From Haliotis rufescens (Eukaryota): a stretch of DNA of 64,000 nt. Below, one piece after another: positions 25,105-38,154 of the stretch. The notes under the pieces were generated by a model. That model was not told the DNA's origin, did no database searches, and saw nothing but the letters and a program-made list of their open reading frames with translations. The stretch is taken from contig NW_025963779.1 of NCBI RefSeq assembly GCF_023055435.1, forward strand, positions 24,552,001 to 24,616,000, read 5' to 3'. Position numbers and translations under genes: made by a program. How positions within the stretch are numbered: position 1 is the stretch's first letter; every line of letters starts with the position of its first letter.

Positions 25105-27439
25105 TTCTGAAAGAAATAAAATAATTGTTTTTACAACATATTTGTTTTATCGAACAAATATACTCATTTTATCCTCATGCAAAGATATTCTGGAACCATT
25201 TTTTTCAAATATATCCGTGGTCCTCACCAGAAAATCAGTATATCCCAGGTCCTCTCCAGCGTATCAAAATATCCCAGGCCCTCTCCAGCAAATCAAATAT
25301 ATCTCCAGCATATCAAAAGTGATAATTTATGTAATGGGGTGAAAAGGTGTAATAAAATGCGAAAATAAAGTTTCACGAAATTACCTGAATAAAACTAAAT
25401 AAAGGCTGAAAAAATTGTTCGTGGGTCAGCGTGGGAGTACATGAAATATCCAGGACCTGTATATTAGTAAACCTTGACTGACTATTCATGTCAGTGACTA
25501 GGTGGAGTTGTGATGGTTGTTCTAAAAGGAACATGGAACTTGCGTGCATATTGTGTTTATTTTGATTGAATGACATTGAAGAGATGAATAGGTGTGAAAC
25601 AAATACAAACATATTTGGTTTAGTTTTGTCCTCTGGCAAATTCATGCTCACCCTCATAACCTATAATGTTACTATATTAGCATAAGACCAGTGTACCTCA
25701 AGTGGGTGTCAGCTCTACAGCTATGTTAAGTCTATATTACAGAAAACATTGAAGCACACTTCGTCGTGGAACAAATGCGTGTAACACTGATGTGAGAGCA
25801 GTTATGCTCCTCCTAACTCTAGTCTATCAATCCGTATTACCTGTACAACACTTACAGTGAAGCGTATGTCCTACAGGAAAGTTACCTACCCATGCTGAGG
25901 TCAAGCTGTCATATATCTCAACTTCTACACCTGCACCTCTTCGGGCCGTCCTCACCGAGTTGATACCCTGCTCAGAGAAATACTGTTCATAACGAGGTTA
26001 AACCTCTATTCCCTATCTGTGTCACCTTATATCATCAGACAGAGTGTCACCAGGCTCAGATGAAACTGACCTACATTTCTTGCCATGACTTGCCCAACAT
26101 ACTTCGATCTAATGTGACGTTGCGTTACGGGCCAACTGTACGTGGTTGTCATTGGGTTTAGGGATCGTGTCATCTTCTCCACAGCGAACTCTGAGGTACA
26201 CGTAAAGGTGAAGTTTATAAGGTGTCTCTATCAGAAGGCATTGAGAGACGCGAAACTATCAAGTCAACATAATTATTCATGGAAAAAACCTCTGCTCACA
26301 CCTGTCTCATGGTTGTTTGTTTGTTTGTTTGTTGTTTAACGCAGCACCCGGCAATGTTCCATCTATATGGAGGCGGTCTGTAAATAATCGAGCCTGGACC
26401 ATACAATCAAGTGATTGACATCAAGAGCGTCGATCAACTCAATCGGGATATGAAGAAATGCATCAACCAAGTCAGCGAACCTGACCACCCGTTCCGTTTG
26501 TCGCCTCTTACGACAAGCATAGTCGCCTTTTACGGCAAGCATGGGTTGCTGAAGACATTTTCTACCTCGAATCTTCACGGGTCTGTCTCTATTATATATT
26601 GCATGGCATGACCATCCGTAATATGATGAATATATAACGTCAACGACAATGTATAACCAGTCTTGATTATCCGCTGAAGCCGATTCCATTGGGCGAAAAA
26701 GAAAAAAAGCGGTGAAAGTTACATGAATGGATCACTGAAAACAGTGATGACACCAGGTTTTCGCGAAAAGGGTAATCATGTCCCAGCCTACCGGTGGCAC
26801 CCGCCCAGCGTACACTATGCATTAAATTGTAAGTGTCTTGCTTAACGCCGCACAGGAGTACTCCTGCCATGCGACGGCGTCCTACAAACATACCAGACAA
26901 TCAAGTGATGGTCCCGAAAGTTCAGTGACACGAAAGTCCTTTTACTAAATCCATATATCAAGAATTACACAATGTCACCAGTCACGTGTTTGGGTGTGTG
27001 AGGTGTGTCAACATATGCACATACCCAACACTACAGGCCATGTAAATGAGGTGAATCTCTGAAGCAAGGTGAAATGTATAACGTTTCTTTCTTGGAACTA
27101 GTGAAACTACTTATATACTACTCAACTTTTGATAGGGATATTGTTTTTTATTCACCCCCTCTTATTATGTCATTACACATACCATGTAAATGTAGTAGTA
27201 TGATATACCTCAGTATCCATATTATGAAGCCAACAAACACCCAACAAATGGTATACAATTAACAATTGTATTATAATATTAACTAGGTTTACAAATCAAA
27301 ACAATTACTATTCATCATTTACAATGGCAGTACATAATATAATGGCAGTTTAAAATATCAGTAAAAGGTTAATGGTTACAGTAAAAGTCAGTGCTTATAA
27401 TATTCACCTGGCAGTAACAGTGGTCAAGCTTTCAAAATA

Positions 27440-27600
27440 AGCCTAGGCTGGATATCGAGGGTGAAATGTTTTCTTTACACAAAATGTTATGATGTCATCT
27501 ACACATATTAGAATGTAACGCCAATCCTTTTCTTTTAGTGCCTCCGAAATGGTTTCCTGAAATGTGCATTTTTGAGACCGACAGAAGCGGACGGATTGTA
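27440..27600 (-). mobile_element. Degraded LTR-retrotransposon (Gypsy-like) RT fragment
   Basis: TFQETISEALKEKDWRYILICVDDIITF resembles TFQ..M..L....W...LVYLDDIIIF. Duplicate near 62470-62630. Confidence 0.45.
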
Positions 27601-28723
27601 CAGTTAGTCGTGGTGTCAGGCAAGGCCACCGCCTCAGCAATGACTCCATCGACCATGAAGAATCGCTGTCTGACTTCCTACCTGTGTAAGGGGCATAGCG
27701 GGTCTGTGAACCGGGAACACCGGCCACCTGGTCCCGGTGTGTGTTCAGTCATGTGATTACTATCAATATGTACCTTTTCGGACGTTATTCCCAATCAACA
27801 ATAAACATGGATACTGTCTCCTTAAACTTCACCCCTGAGTTTTGTCTTCCGTCGTTCACCCTGGACCGTAAAGTACCAACCGAGGGCACAACATGGACGC
27901 CCTTGAAACGTTGTCATGCTTTGCTTTTTGATGTATCATACCAATGGCTTGCTCTTTTAATTGTACAATTGATCTTAGCATGTTATTTGTCTCTGTCCAA
28001 CGGTTTAGATGTAAACGAACAGTACATCATTTCTTTTTTACCCATAACTTTGTAGGTTGGCATTCTGCAAGTCATCAAATGTTTCACTTCAAACTCAAGT
28101 TCCACTGATCTGGGTATTGTTGCAGGCTAATTGATTCTGGTATCGTATCTTTCGTTTGTCAGTTTACATCGAGATGCTATTTATTTCAATCATCCACGAT
28201 TGAATAGTACATTCCTCCAGTTGTTGTGAGTACAAACATGTCAAGTTGACCAATTTTCTGTCAATTTGTTGTAAAAATGGTCTTTTATTACATGAAAATG
28301 CTTTGTTATACTGCTATTCCATTGTTCTGTTTTAAAATCACCTTCATCTATACAGTTATTATGTTTTAGTGAAGAGTGAGAAATAAAGTTTAATATTCTT
28401 TCCCCAGGTTGAATTTGAAATGTGTTGTAAAAAACAAATCTCAGCTCAATTTTAAGAAGAAAAGAAATATCTCAATGACGAAAAAAACATGATTCTACCC
28501 AAAAAACCCGACCCCAGCTAAATATCAAATGGTCCTCCACTACAAGAAACAGATTTGAATAATATCTTGATTATATGAGTTCTTTTGTTCAGAACTACTT
28601 TCAAACGTTAGACCAGGGGGATACAGCATTGGGTCACTCTGAGAGTAACCTTAAGTGTAAATAGGCTTCATAACTAGTTGTTCTGGGGACGTTCATAAGC
28701 ACGGCCTCTTGTGGCAAACCTAA

Positions 28724-29076
28724 CTACAGATAGTCCTTGAAAGTTTTGATATTCGGCGACTTGTCCTTGCTGATGACCTTGATTTTCATTTCAATATCTG
28801 TCTGAAGATCGTCCATTTGCAGCACGGTTGCTGCTTGTAGGGCGGCAGCGATGTTGTCTTCACACAGCGGCGGTAGAACACCAGTGTACATAAAGTTGAG
28901 GATATCTCTGAAGGCATTGTCATCTACATTCTCCAACGTCATTTCACCATCCCCAGCTGACAAATGTTTCTCCATATATGGTGACATAAACTTGACAATG
29001 ATCTTGTGACACGGGAATGATGCATCGCCAACGATCACAGTGAGATCAGAGTGTGAACGTTTGTCCAATTCCAAAT
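28724..29076 (-). CDS. BTB-only exon, probably the terminal exon of the BTB-BACK-Kelch-like gene
   Basis: SDLTVIVGDASFPCHKII...FRDILNFMYTG. No ATG before the domain. Strong phase-1 acceptor (ctttattttcag) compatible with the donor at 29660. Confidence 0.75.
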
Positions 29077-29242
29077 CTGAAAATAAAGAACACTGTATAT
29101 TCAAACTTGCTGTTTCTATAATAACCGGGTATTGGACACAGGGCTAAAATTAAAAAAACCCACACCCACTGTGCCGTTATTAAAGTACAATTCATAAGGC
29201 ACAAAAGTAGGAAATCTTTGATGACCTGATGACATTTCGAAT

Positions 29243-29525
29243 AGTGAGTGAGTGAGTTGGGTTTAATACTGCTTTTAACAGTATTCCAGTTATATCGCGG
29301 AGTGTCAGCTTAATGTGGGAGGAAAGCCCGAAGTGATGGAAGTCTTAGGCGTTTACCACTTCGGTGAAACCCACGAGCACGGGTATGGTGCTGACAAACC
29401 TAGAAACATAATAGGGGCGAACCGGGATTCGAACCCACAATCATAGATTTCTGGCGTGCCCAAGGGACGCAACTCTGCACAGCGAATCGCGGCGCCGTAG
29501 ACGACTGGGCAAACCCATGCCCCCC
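29243..29525 (-). mobile_element. tRNA-derived SINE family 3
   Basis: Reverse-complement homologue of 5298-5558. Confidence 0.82.
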
Positions 29526-29604
29526 ATTTCTAATATGGCAGTCGTACCATCGTTCTATATCTAGAACAGCTGTACATATTGAAGGAACTTAGGTTACCTT
29601 AATG

Positions 29605-31362
29605 TTATACACATGACATAGGACAGTGATCTGAGTGAAATAAAGAATGTTTGACCCTACCTGAATAGGGGTGTCTAGATGTCTCCTTTGACCTTTGTAC
29701 CCTTTTCTCAACTTCAGAGGATTTGTCGATGATTGAGGTTTTGATGACACCAAGACGACCATCATATAGTGCAGGAACGTCTTCAAATAGATGGAGAGCC
29801 ATCTCCTCCAAATCCACGGTGTAAATGTGGGTTTTAGATTCAACTGTCTTCAGAATCATTAACTCGTTTCCCTTCCCACTAAGAGAGCAGCCACTGGCAC
29901 CGTCAAGCTGATGAAATCGTGTAATACCCTTTGGGGAATTGGCATCATTAATCACTCCGAATTCTGATTCTGTCGTCAAATAATACATCTTGTCGTCCTT
30001 GGAAGCTATGGATACAGAAAACTTTCCCTGGGATAGTGGAGGCTGAAATCTTCCCAGACATGAAACTGCATCAGCTCCAAATGCATTAAGGATGAAAACC
30101 TTTTCCCTAACCTGTGATGGGGAGTGAGCGGTGAGATCTTCTCCAACTAAATAGATCGTGTCCCCCACAGCAGCTGCCGAACAGTTTGCCATTTCTCCTT
30201 CAATGGCACCAACCAGCTCCCACGCAACCTCCTCATCTCCTTTATACCTTAGTAGCTGCACACCATCATCGGATACACCAAACACATACAGCTTATGCTG
30301 CACACTCAGTATCTGGATGACATGAATTGGCGGTAGGCTCATATTATCCCACGACCATGTCTGTTCATTGAGCCTATAGACACTGCTAAGGCTGGTGAAC
30401 ATCAGATCACCTTTGAACGCGAAGGCTCTTGGTATTCCAGTGACATTGTGTATACCTGGAAGTGCTGGGACATCGTACGTCTTGTGATCCTCCAAAGAGT
30501 ACATCTTTAGTGCTTTTTTGCCATGGATTTCCAAATATCCAAATAGGATATTCCGAGGCTTGTCGTTGTGTCTCACAACCAGTTTTCTCAACACATGCTG
30601 TTCTTTCTTTACATCTTCCACAATATCGCGTGCCTTCTCTCTGAGAGTTTGGAGTAAAGGGAATATTGTGGATTTGAATGTAGCATCAGAAATCTGGTTA
30701 ATTGATACGTGAGAGAGCAATTGGGTTAGATCTGTATCTGAGAAACGTTCTTGAGATTTTGTCCACAGGAGAACAGCCTTCAAAACATCTGCCTCATGAG
30801 TCACTCTCAGCTCATCACTGGCAACAATCTCACACAGCTCGACCGCGGTCAGACTTGTAAACAGAGCCGTTTCTGATATTGTCTTGAAGTTTGTAAACAT
30901 GAAACTATTTGTCATTTCGAGCAATATCTCTAGGTTATACTTCCGTGCAGCGCGCCACTGTTTCACCCACGATTGACTCATCCTATACATATCTATAAGA
31001 AACTTTTCACAGCGCTTAGTAAGGGATTCTATTTGAAACATGGAACTTGCTTGCAACACATCAAGCACATTGGATGCTTTCAAGGCTGCGTTATTACGGT
31101 ATATGTGCTCCAACACATTCCTGAAGGTTTCCGGGCTCATGCACTGTATTTCCATGACCTTCTCGTCGGTGCCCTTGAAACCCGAGGCAAACTTGGCATC
31201 AAAATAAGGTGACGTCATTGCCAGGATGACCTTGTGGCAATGAAACACATCGGCGTCTACCTTGATTATGACGTCACAGTCTTTATTCTGTCTTAACGCC
31301 TTCCAAAGTTGTTCACGTAACTTGTCATATACCCTTTTCGTGAACGCTTGTTTATAGGCCAT
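29605..31362 (-). CDS. BTB-BACK-divergent Kelch/beta-propeller protein (KLHL/KBTBD-like)
   Basis: CDVIIKVDADVFHCHKVILAMTSPYF (BTB), ELRVTHEADVLKAVLLW (BACK), KLYVFG and AAAVGDTIYLVG (kelch-like). Kozak CACCATGG; acceptor at 31376. The exon may end at 29661. Confidence 0.9.
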   Translation of the reverse strand: MAYKQAFTKRVYDKLREQLWKALRQNKDCDVIIKVDADVFHCHKVILAMTSPYFDAKFASGFKGTDEKVMEIQCMSPETFRNVLEHIYRNNAALKASNVLDVLQASSMFQIESLTKRCEKFLIDMYRMSQSWVKQWRAARKYNLEILLEMTNSFMFTNFKTISETALFTSLTAVELCEIVASDELRVTHEADVLKAVLLWTKSQERFSDTDLTQLLSHVSINQISDATFKSTIFPLLQTLREKARDIVEDVKKEQHVLRKLVVRHNDKPRNILFGYLEIHGKKALKMYSLEDHKTYDVPALPGIHNVTGIPRAFAFKGDLMFTSLSSVYRLNEQTWSWDNMSLPPIHVIQILSVQHKLYVFGVSDDGVQLLRYKGDEEVAWELVGAIEGEMANCSAAAVGDTIYLVGEDLTAHSPSQVREKVFILNAFGADAVSCLGRFQPPLSQGKFSVSIASKDDKMYYLTTESEFGVINDANSPKGITRFHQLDGASGCSLSGKGNELMILKTVESKTHIYTVDLEEMALHLFEDVPALYDGRLGVIKTSIIDKSSEVEKRVQRSKETSRHPYSGRVKHSLFHSDHCPMSCV

Positions 31363-31706
31363 GGTGATGGTTTGTCTTGAAAGAAAAACATTTACTTAAA
31401 ACTATGATTATGTAATGGATCTGCATGATATGCGCGTCGCGGGGTCAAATGTACTTGCAGTTCTTACTTACAATTCCTTAGACATATGTTGTAATTATGT
31501 TCTGAATAAAGTGATTATGTGCTATTCCCCAACATTATACTTCTTAAAGTGAAACTAACTCAAAGAATAAATCACCTGATCCAAGTGTTTATTAAAATAT
31601 TGTGGGGGTAAGTTTAATTAACTAATGAATTATTAATCTGTCAACTGCTCGGGTTGGCAGTACTTTTCCTTATTTAAACAATAAACGACGAGTGGGAGTA
31701 TATCGT

Positions 31707-31785
31707 ACAATAAACCACTGCAGGGAGAATAAACCAAGAGGGTGCAGACCCTAGTGGTTTATTGTCCCTGTTGTGATTTATTGTT
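31707..31785. repeat. Long imperfect palindrome (probable non-autonomous DNA element remnant)
   Basis: CAATAAACCAC..CAGGGA.AATAAACCA..AGGGT / ACCCT..TGGTTTATT.TCCCTG..GTG.TTTATTG. Confidence 0.55.
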
Positions 31786-32019
31786 CAATAAACAATGACC
31801 ACGAGTCGAATATTTCTAATATGGGATATCAATATTATGCACAGCCTCCTTAAGGCTGTTTCTAAAAAAATAAGCTTTAAAGAATATTTACCCGTATTTA
31901 AATAATGATGACTCCCTGAATAGAATCCGACCTCCATTTTATGGTTGGTTGGTTAAAATATTTCTAATATTCAGGCGACATTAAAGCCTTCCCCTCTGGA
32001 ATATACATGATGCTTTAAA

Positions 32020-32845
32020 CCCCCATCACACCAAACTAGTGAACATGTTGTCGAACGGGCTCCAACTGTGTATGGACGTGGTGGACGTAGTAGCAACTAT
32101 TGACAGTCTTTTTACGAACTTCATGAACGGGCTCGGACGGGGAGGGTGCTCCAGAAGTTTGAGTCTGCTCAAAATTTTATCCCGTCCATCCCGTTCTGCA
32201 ATTATTCGGATTGACAACGTACTCAAAACGAGAAAGACGTATTACGAACGTAATTGCCGTACTTCGAACGGAGTTGCCGTACTTCGAACCTACTACGGAC
32301 GTGTTACGACGCGGTGCAGTCGGACATAAATTTCAGTACGTGTGCACACCGACCGGGTCGACTTCTCTTTGGAGGCATGATGTGTACAGCTCGGAGCCCT
32401 GAACTTGAATGAAGACTGACTACAACGCGCTCGGTATCGGGCCAGGACGGGCCAGGACGCGAATACACACGCACTTGGGACGTACTGCGAACGAGTTGGT
32501 TTGGTTAAGAACTAGTTAGAACTGGCTTGGACGTATTGTGAACGAGGTAGAACGAGGTTGAACTGGTTAAGAACGGGTTGAGAACGGCTACGGACGTGCT
32601 CGAACTGCCTGGAAACGTCGGGATGAGGTGAACGGGCACTTTTACACGATCTGAACTGGATACAAACGGACTGCAGACTGGCTAAGAACGAGATAAGAAC
32701 GAGATAGACGTATTGAGGACTGCTAATGAACGAACTAGCATCGTATTTTAGCGAAACTACGCTATCTACCGTGATCACAGCCCGTTCTAGGATTTTGTCC
32801 AGAACGGGGTAGAACGGGATAGAACTACTTTGGTGTGATGGTAGC
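32020..32845. mobile_element. Non-autonomous TIR transposon, PIF/Harbinger-like ends
   Basis: CCATCACACCAAACTAGT (32023-32040) is inverted to ACTACTTTGGTGTGATGG (32824-32841), 17/18 match. GAACG-rich interior; no transposase. Confidence 0.7.
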
Positions 32846-33164
32846 ATGATTAAGATGTTGTTTTAAGGAAAATCTTGGGATAAAACCATGTTCTTTCTTG
32901 TACAGTAATGGACCGTTTACCTGCCGATACTCGATGGACAGGGAGCCGGTAACGACTCATCCAGTTCAGCACTGATATTCAGTCAATTAGTAGCAGCATT
33001 AGAAATGCAGTAAGAACAGCTGTAAAACGGACGAGTCGTGGTTCTGTTAACGAGCACTCCGTTGCAAAGGCATATGTAGAAGTGACACAAATCTATAGAT
33101 ATTTTTGTATAGGAGAACTCTTAAGATTATTATTTATGCCAACATTGTACGTTACATCAGTACC

Positions 33165-35360
33165 AGGACCATGCCCCGCTAGCCAATGCTCCATGCCCCG
33201 CTAGCCCATGCTCCATGCCCCACTAGCCCCTGCTCCATGCCCTGCTAGCCCATGTTCCATGCCCCGCTAGGTCATGCTCCATGCCCCGCTAGCCCATGCT
33301 CCATGCCCCGCTAGCCCATGTTCCATATCCCGCTAGCTCATGCTCCATGCCCCACAAGCCCATGCTCCATGCCCGGCAAGCCCCTGCTCCATACCCCGCT
33401 AGCCCCTGCTCCATGCCCCGCTAGCCCATGTTCCATGCCTCGCTAGGTCATGCTCCATGCCCCACAAGCCCATGCTCCATACCCCGTTAGCCCCTGCTCC
33501 ATGCCCCGCTAGCCTATGTTCGATGCCCCGCTAGCCCCTGCTCCATGCCCCGCTAGCCCATGTTCCATGCCCCGCTAGGTCATGCTCCATGGCCCACAAG
33601 CCGAGGCTCCATGCCCCGCTAGCCCCTGCTCCATGCCCCGCTAGCCCAAGTTCCATGCCCCGCTAGGTCATGCTCCATGCCCCGCTAGCCCATGTTCCAT
33701 GCCCCGCTAGCCCCTGCTCCATGCACCGCTAGCCCATGTTCCATGCACCGCTAGCCCATGTTCCATGCCCCGCTAGCCCATGTTCCATACCCCGCTAGCT
33801 CATGCTCCTTGCCCCACAAGCCCATGCACCATGCCCGGCAAGCCCCTGCTCCATACCCCGCTAGCCCCTGCTCCATGCCCCGCTAGCCCCTGCTCCTTGC
33901 CCCACAAGCCCATGTTCCATGCCCCGCTAGCCCATGCTCCATGCCCCACAAGCCCATGTTCCATGCCCCGCTAGCCCCTGCTCCATGCCCCGCTAGCCCA
34001 TGTTCCATGCCCCGCTAGCCCCTGCTCCATGCCGGGCAAGCCCCTGCTCAATGCCCGGTAAGCCCCTGCTCCATGCCCCGCTAGCCACTGCTCCATGCCC
34101 CACAAGCCCATGCTCCATGCCGCTCTACCCCTGCGCCATGCCCCGCTAGCCCATGTTCCATACCCCGCTAGCCCCTGCTCGATGCCCCGCTTGCCCATGT
34201 TCCATACCCGCTAGGTCATGCTCCATGCCCCACAAGCCCATGCTCCATACCCCGCTAGCCCTGCTCAATGCCCCGCTAGCCCATGTTCGATGCCCCGCTA
34301 GCCCCTGCTCCATGCACCGCTAGCCCATGTTCCATGCCCCGCTAGGTCATGCTCCATGGCCCACATGCCGAGGCTCCATGCCCCGCTAGCCCCTGCGCCA
34401 TGCCCCGCTAGCCCATGTTCCATGCCCCGCTAGCCCCTGCTCCATGCCCCGCTAGCCCCTGCTCCATGCCCCGCTAGCCCCTGCTCCTTGCCCCACAAGC
34501 CCATGTTCCATGCCCCGCTAGCCCATGCTCCATGCCCCACAAGCCCATGTTCCATGCCCCGCTAGCCCCTGCTCCATGCCCCGCTAGCCCATATTCCATG
34601 CCCCGCTAGCCCCTGCTCCATGCCGGGCAAGCCCCTGCTCAATGCCCGGTAAGCCCCTGCTCCATGCCCCGCTAGCCACTGCTCCATGCCCCACAAGCCC
34701 ATGCTCCATGCCGCTCTACCCCTGCGCCATGCCCCGCTAGCCCATGTTCCATGCCCCGCTAGCCCCTGCTCCATGCCCCGCTTGCCCATGTTCCATACCC
34801 GCTAGGTCATGCTCCATGCCCCACAAGCCCATGCTCCATACCCCGCTAGCCCTGCTCAATGCCCCGCTAGCCCATGTTCGATGCCCCGCTAGCCCCTGCT
34901 CCATGCCCCGCTAGCCCATGTTCCATGCCCCGCTAGGTCATGCTCCATGGCCCACATGCTGAGGCTCCATGCCCCGCTAGCCCCTGCGCCATGCCCCGCT
35001 AGCCCATGTTCCATGCCCCGCTAGCCCCTGCTCCATGCCCCGCTAGCCCAAGTTCCATGCCCCGCTAGGTCATGCTCCATGCCCCGCTAGCCCATGTTCC
35101 ATGCCCCGCTAGCCCATGTTCCATGCCCCGCTAGCCCCTGCTCCATGCCCCGCTAGCCCAAGTTCCATGCCCCGCTAGGTCATGCTCCATGCCCCGCTAG
35201 CCCATGTTCCAAGCCCCGCTAGCCCATGTTCCATGCCCCGCTAGCCCCTGCTCCATGCCCCGCTTGCCCATGTTCCATACCCGCTAGGTCATGCTCCATG
35301 CCCCACAAGCCCATGCTCCATACCCCGCTAGCCCTGCTCCATGCCCCGCTGCCAGCCCCA
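33165..35360. repeat. 22-bp GC-rich minisatellite (GCTAGCCCATGCTCCATGCCCC)
   Basis: About 100 tandem units with a 591-bp higher-order duplication. Confidence 0.96.
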
Positions 35361-36429
35361 GAAATAATGTCGCGGATCAAACATTGCTTTTCGGAGTTCG
35401 TTCGTCATGTCAGAATTGATGTTTTTCAAAATGTCATCATTTTGTAACATAGATCTGCAAGTTTGTTTTTTAGTTTATTTGTTGTTTAACGCTGTACATA
35501 GCAATATTACAGCTATATGATGGCGGTCTGTAAAAATAATCGAGTCTAGACAAGACAATGCAGTGATTGACATCATGAGCACCGGTCTCCGCAATTGGTA
35601 TACGATGACATGCATCAACCAAGTCAGCGAGCCTGACCACCCGATCCCGTTAGTCGCCTCTTACGACAAGCCCGGGTTGCTGAAGACGATTACAACCCAG
35701 ATCTTCACGGGACAGATCTGCAGGTATACCCATGATGACGCTACTACGATACATACAGTCATTTGCATATCCTACAACAAAGATGACCTACCTAGATCTA
35801 TGGTGAACGTGCTGTTCACCTAACCGAGGTCTGTGAGTTGGACTTTTACAGATTGACAATCCCTATCAGTTCTGAAATGATGTCCCAGAGTATCACTAGT
35901 TGTGATCTATGATTGAGACAAACAGACTCTCCGTCACCATTGGATGACCTCCAGTAACACGCCGTGATATAACGTACACACTGATCAAAGCGACGTTAAC
36001 CCCAACACCTCCCACTATTGCGACATCTATTGTCACCTAACACCAGAAGGTACAGTCCATCCAGTCACAGATGTATCTGACCTACATTTATTGCCGAGGC
36101 TTTTACCCCGATTGTTTTTCAGCCACTATATGGTTGGTCAGTTGTACAAAGTAGTGACACGGTATAGGGGTGTGTCTTCCTTTTCATTGTGAGCTCGGAG
36201 GTAAAGGTGAATGGATATCATATCACTAGCCACGAGCCACAAGCCACGACACAACCATGTAAACGAAGACAGTTGTTTTATTATCGTCTGATAGCGTCTG
36301 TCTTTGGGGCACGTCAGCAAACAACATATCAACATGCACTGATTTGTAGGGCGCACATGAATACAACACTCAGTTTCAAAACATAAACGAGTTTCTCACC
36401 ACCATCTCAGGCCATCCATCAAACAAACT

Positions 36430-37050
36430 TCCTCATCACCATCACATGATATTCCCATCACTATCACATGACATTTCCATCACCATCACATGACATTCCT
36501 ATCACCATCACATGACATTCCCATCACCATCACATGTCATTCCCATCACCATCACATGACATTCTCATCACCATCACATGACATTCCCATCACTATTACA
36601 TGACATTCTCATCACTAACACGTTACATTTCCCATCACTATCACATGGCATTCCCATCACCATCACATGACTTTCCAATCACTATCACGTGACATTCCAA
36701 TCACCATCACATGACATTCCCATTACCATCACATGACATTCCCATTACCATCACATGACATTCCCATCACTATCACATGACATCCCCATCACTATCACAT
36801 GACATTCCCATTACATCACAAGACATTCCCATCACTAACACATGACATTCCCATCACTATCACATGACATTCCAATCACCATCACATGACATTCCCATCA
36901 CTATCACATGACATTCCCATCACTATCACATGGCATTCCAATTACATCACAAGACATCCCCATCACTAACACATGACATTCCCATCACTATCACATGACA
37001 TTCCTATCACCATCACATGACATTCTCATCACCATCACATGACATTCTCA
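36430..37050. repeat. 22-bp minisatellite (CATCACATGACATTCCCATCAC)
   Basis: Directly visible. Confidence 0.93.
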
Positions 37051-37633
37051 CCACATTTCACCTCCCACCTAAATAGACCTTGCGGCTCGTAATATATTTC
37101 AACAATGTAAAAAAAGCAAATGAAACAATGGTGAATGAAATAAACATGAAATATACATTTGAATGAGGCGTTACATGTCTGTGTGTGATAGCTAGCAATT
37201 CGTATCTGCTGAAGGGTGTAACGACAAGGGAAACATCGAGTAACTCGTGATCATATCATTTATATAGAAAACCAAGCTTCAACAAATGTTGTAACCAGTG
37301 GCATTAACCTTGATGTACAAACCGATGGGCAAACTTTACGAAAATCCAGTACGTTGATTATATGTGCACACCGGCTTTAAGTATATAACTCTATAAACGC
37401 AACACATATTGACGTCAATTCTTAAATATATCGACTCATTCGTAGTTCAATACTAGGGTGTTGATAGAAGACCAAATTAGGAAATACAGTATCACCTGTA
37501 TTAACTTTACTCTGATATATCGAATTATCTGAATTCCATTTTTACTAAGTTTCAAAGTGTTGATTCAAATTGGATTACATGTATCATACTCGTAGTATAC
37601 GTCATACACCTTACACCATTCATTGACGAGGGG

Positions 37634-37935
37634 GATCGCCTTCTCGGCGTAGTGTACAGTGCCCGGAGAACGGAAGGTCGGGGGTTCGATCCTCGGGTGA
37701 GTCATATCAAAAGACGATTTAAGATGGCACTTGTTGTTTCCCTGCCTCTCGGAATTAGGGCATAAGACAAGGACTTGTTAGGTCTGAGTCATTTTACTGT
37801 GCCTGCGTAGGGTATCCAATTTTAACTGCGGCATGGTATCTCAGTGAGCTGGCGCTAATGACCCAACATTAGTTCGAACTAGTACAACCTCAGGGTGGCA
37901 CACACATCGCTACATAGTGCAATACTATTGAACCC
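37634..37935 (+). mobile_element. tRNA-derived SINE family 4 (Meta/MESC-like), diverged copy
   Basis: Homologous to 39053-39403. Confidence 0.75.
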
Positions 37936-38154
37936 TATAGGGGGGGGGGGGGGGGGGGGGGAGTGGTGGTTAAATTGTGGTGGAGGAGCTAATTGCAATG
38001 TGTTTAAATCCCACACACACACATAAGCGCAAATCCCATAATGTTGACAGCTTCTGTTTCCTCGATGATAGAAATATTATTAGTCACACAGCAATAACAC
38101 ATTTATGAACACAACACTTTTAAATCAACTGCATTTTTCACAGCGTAATACAAA

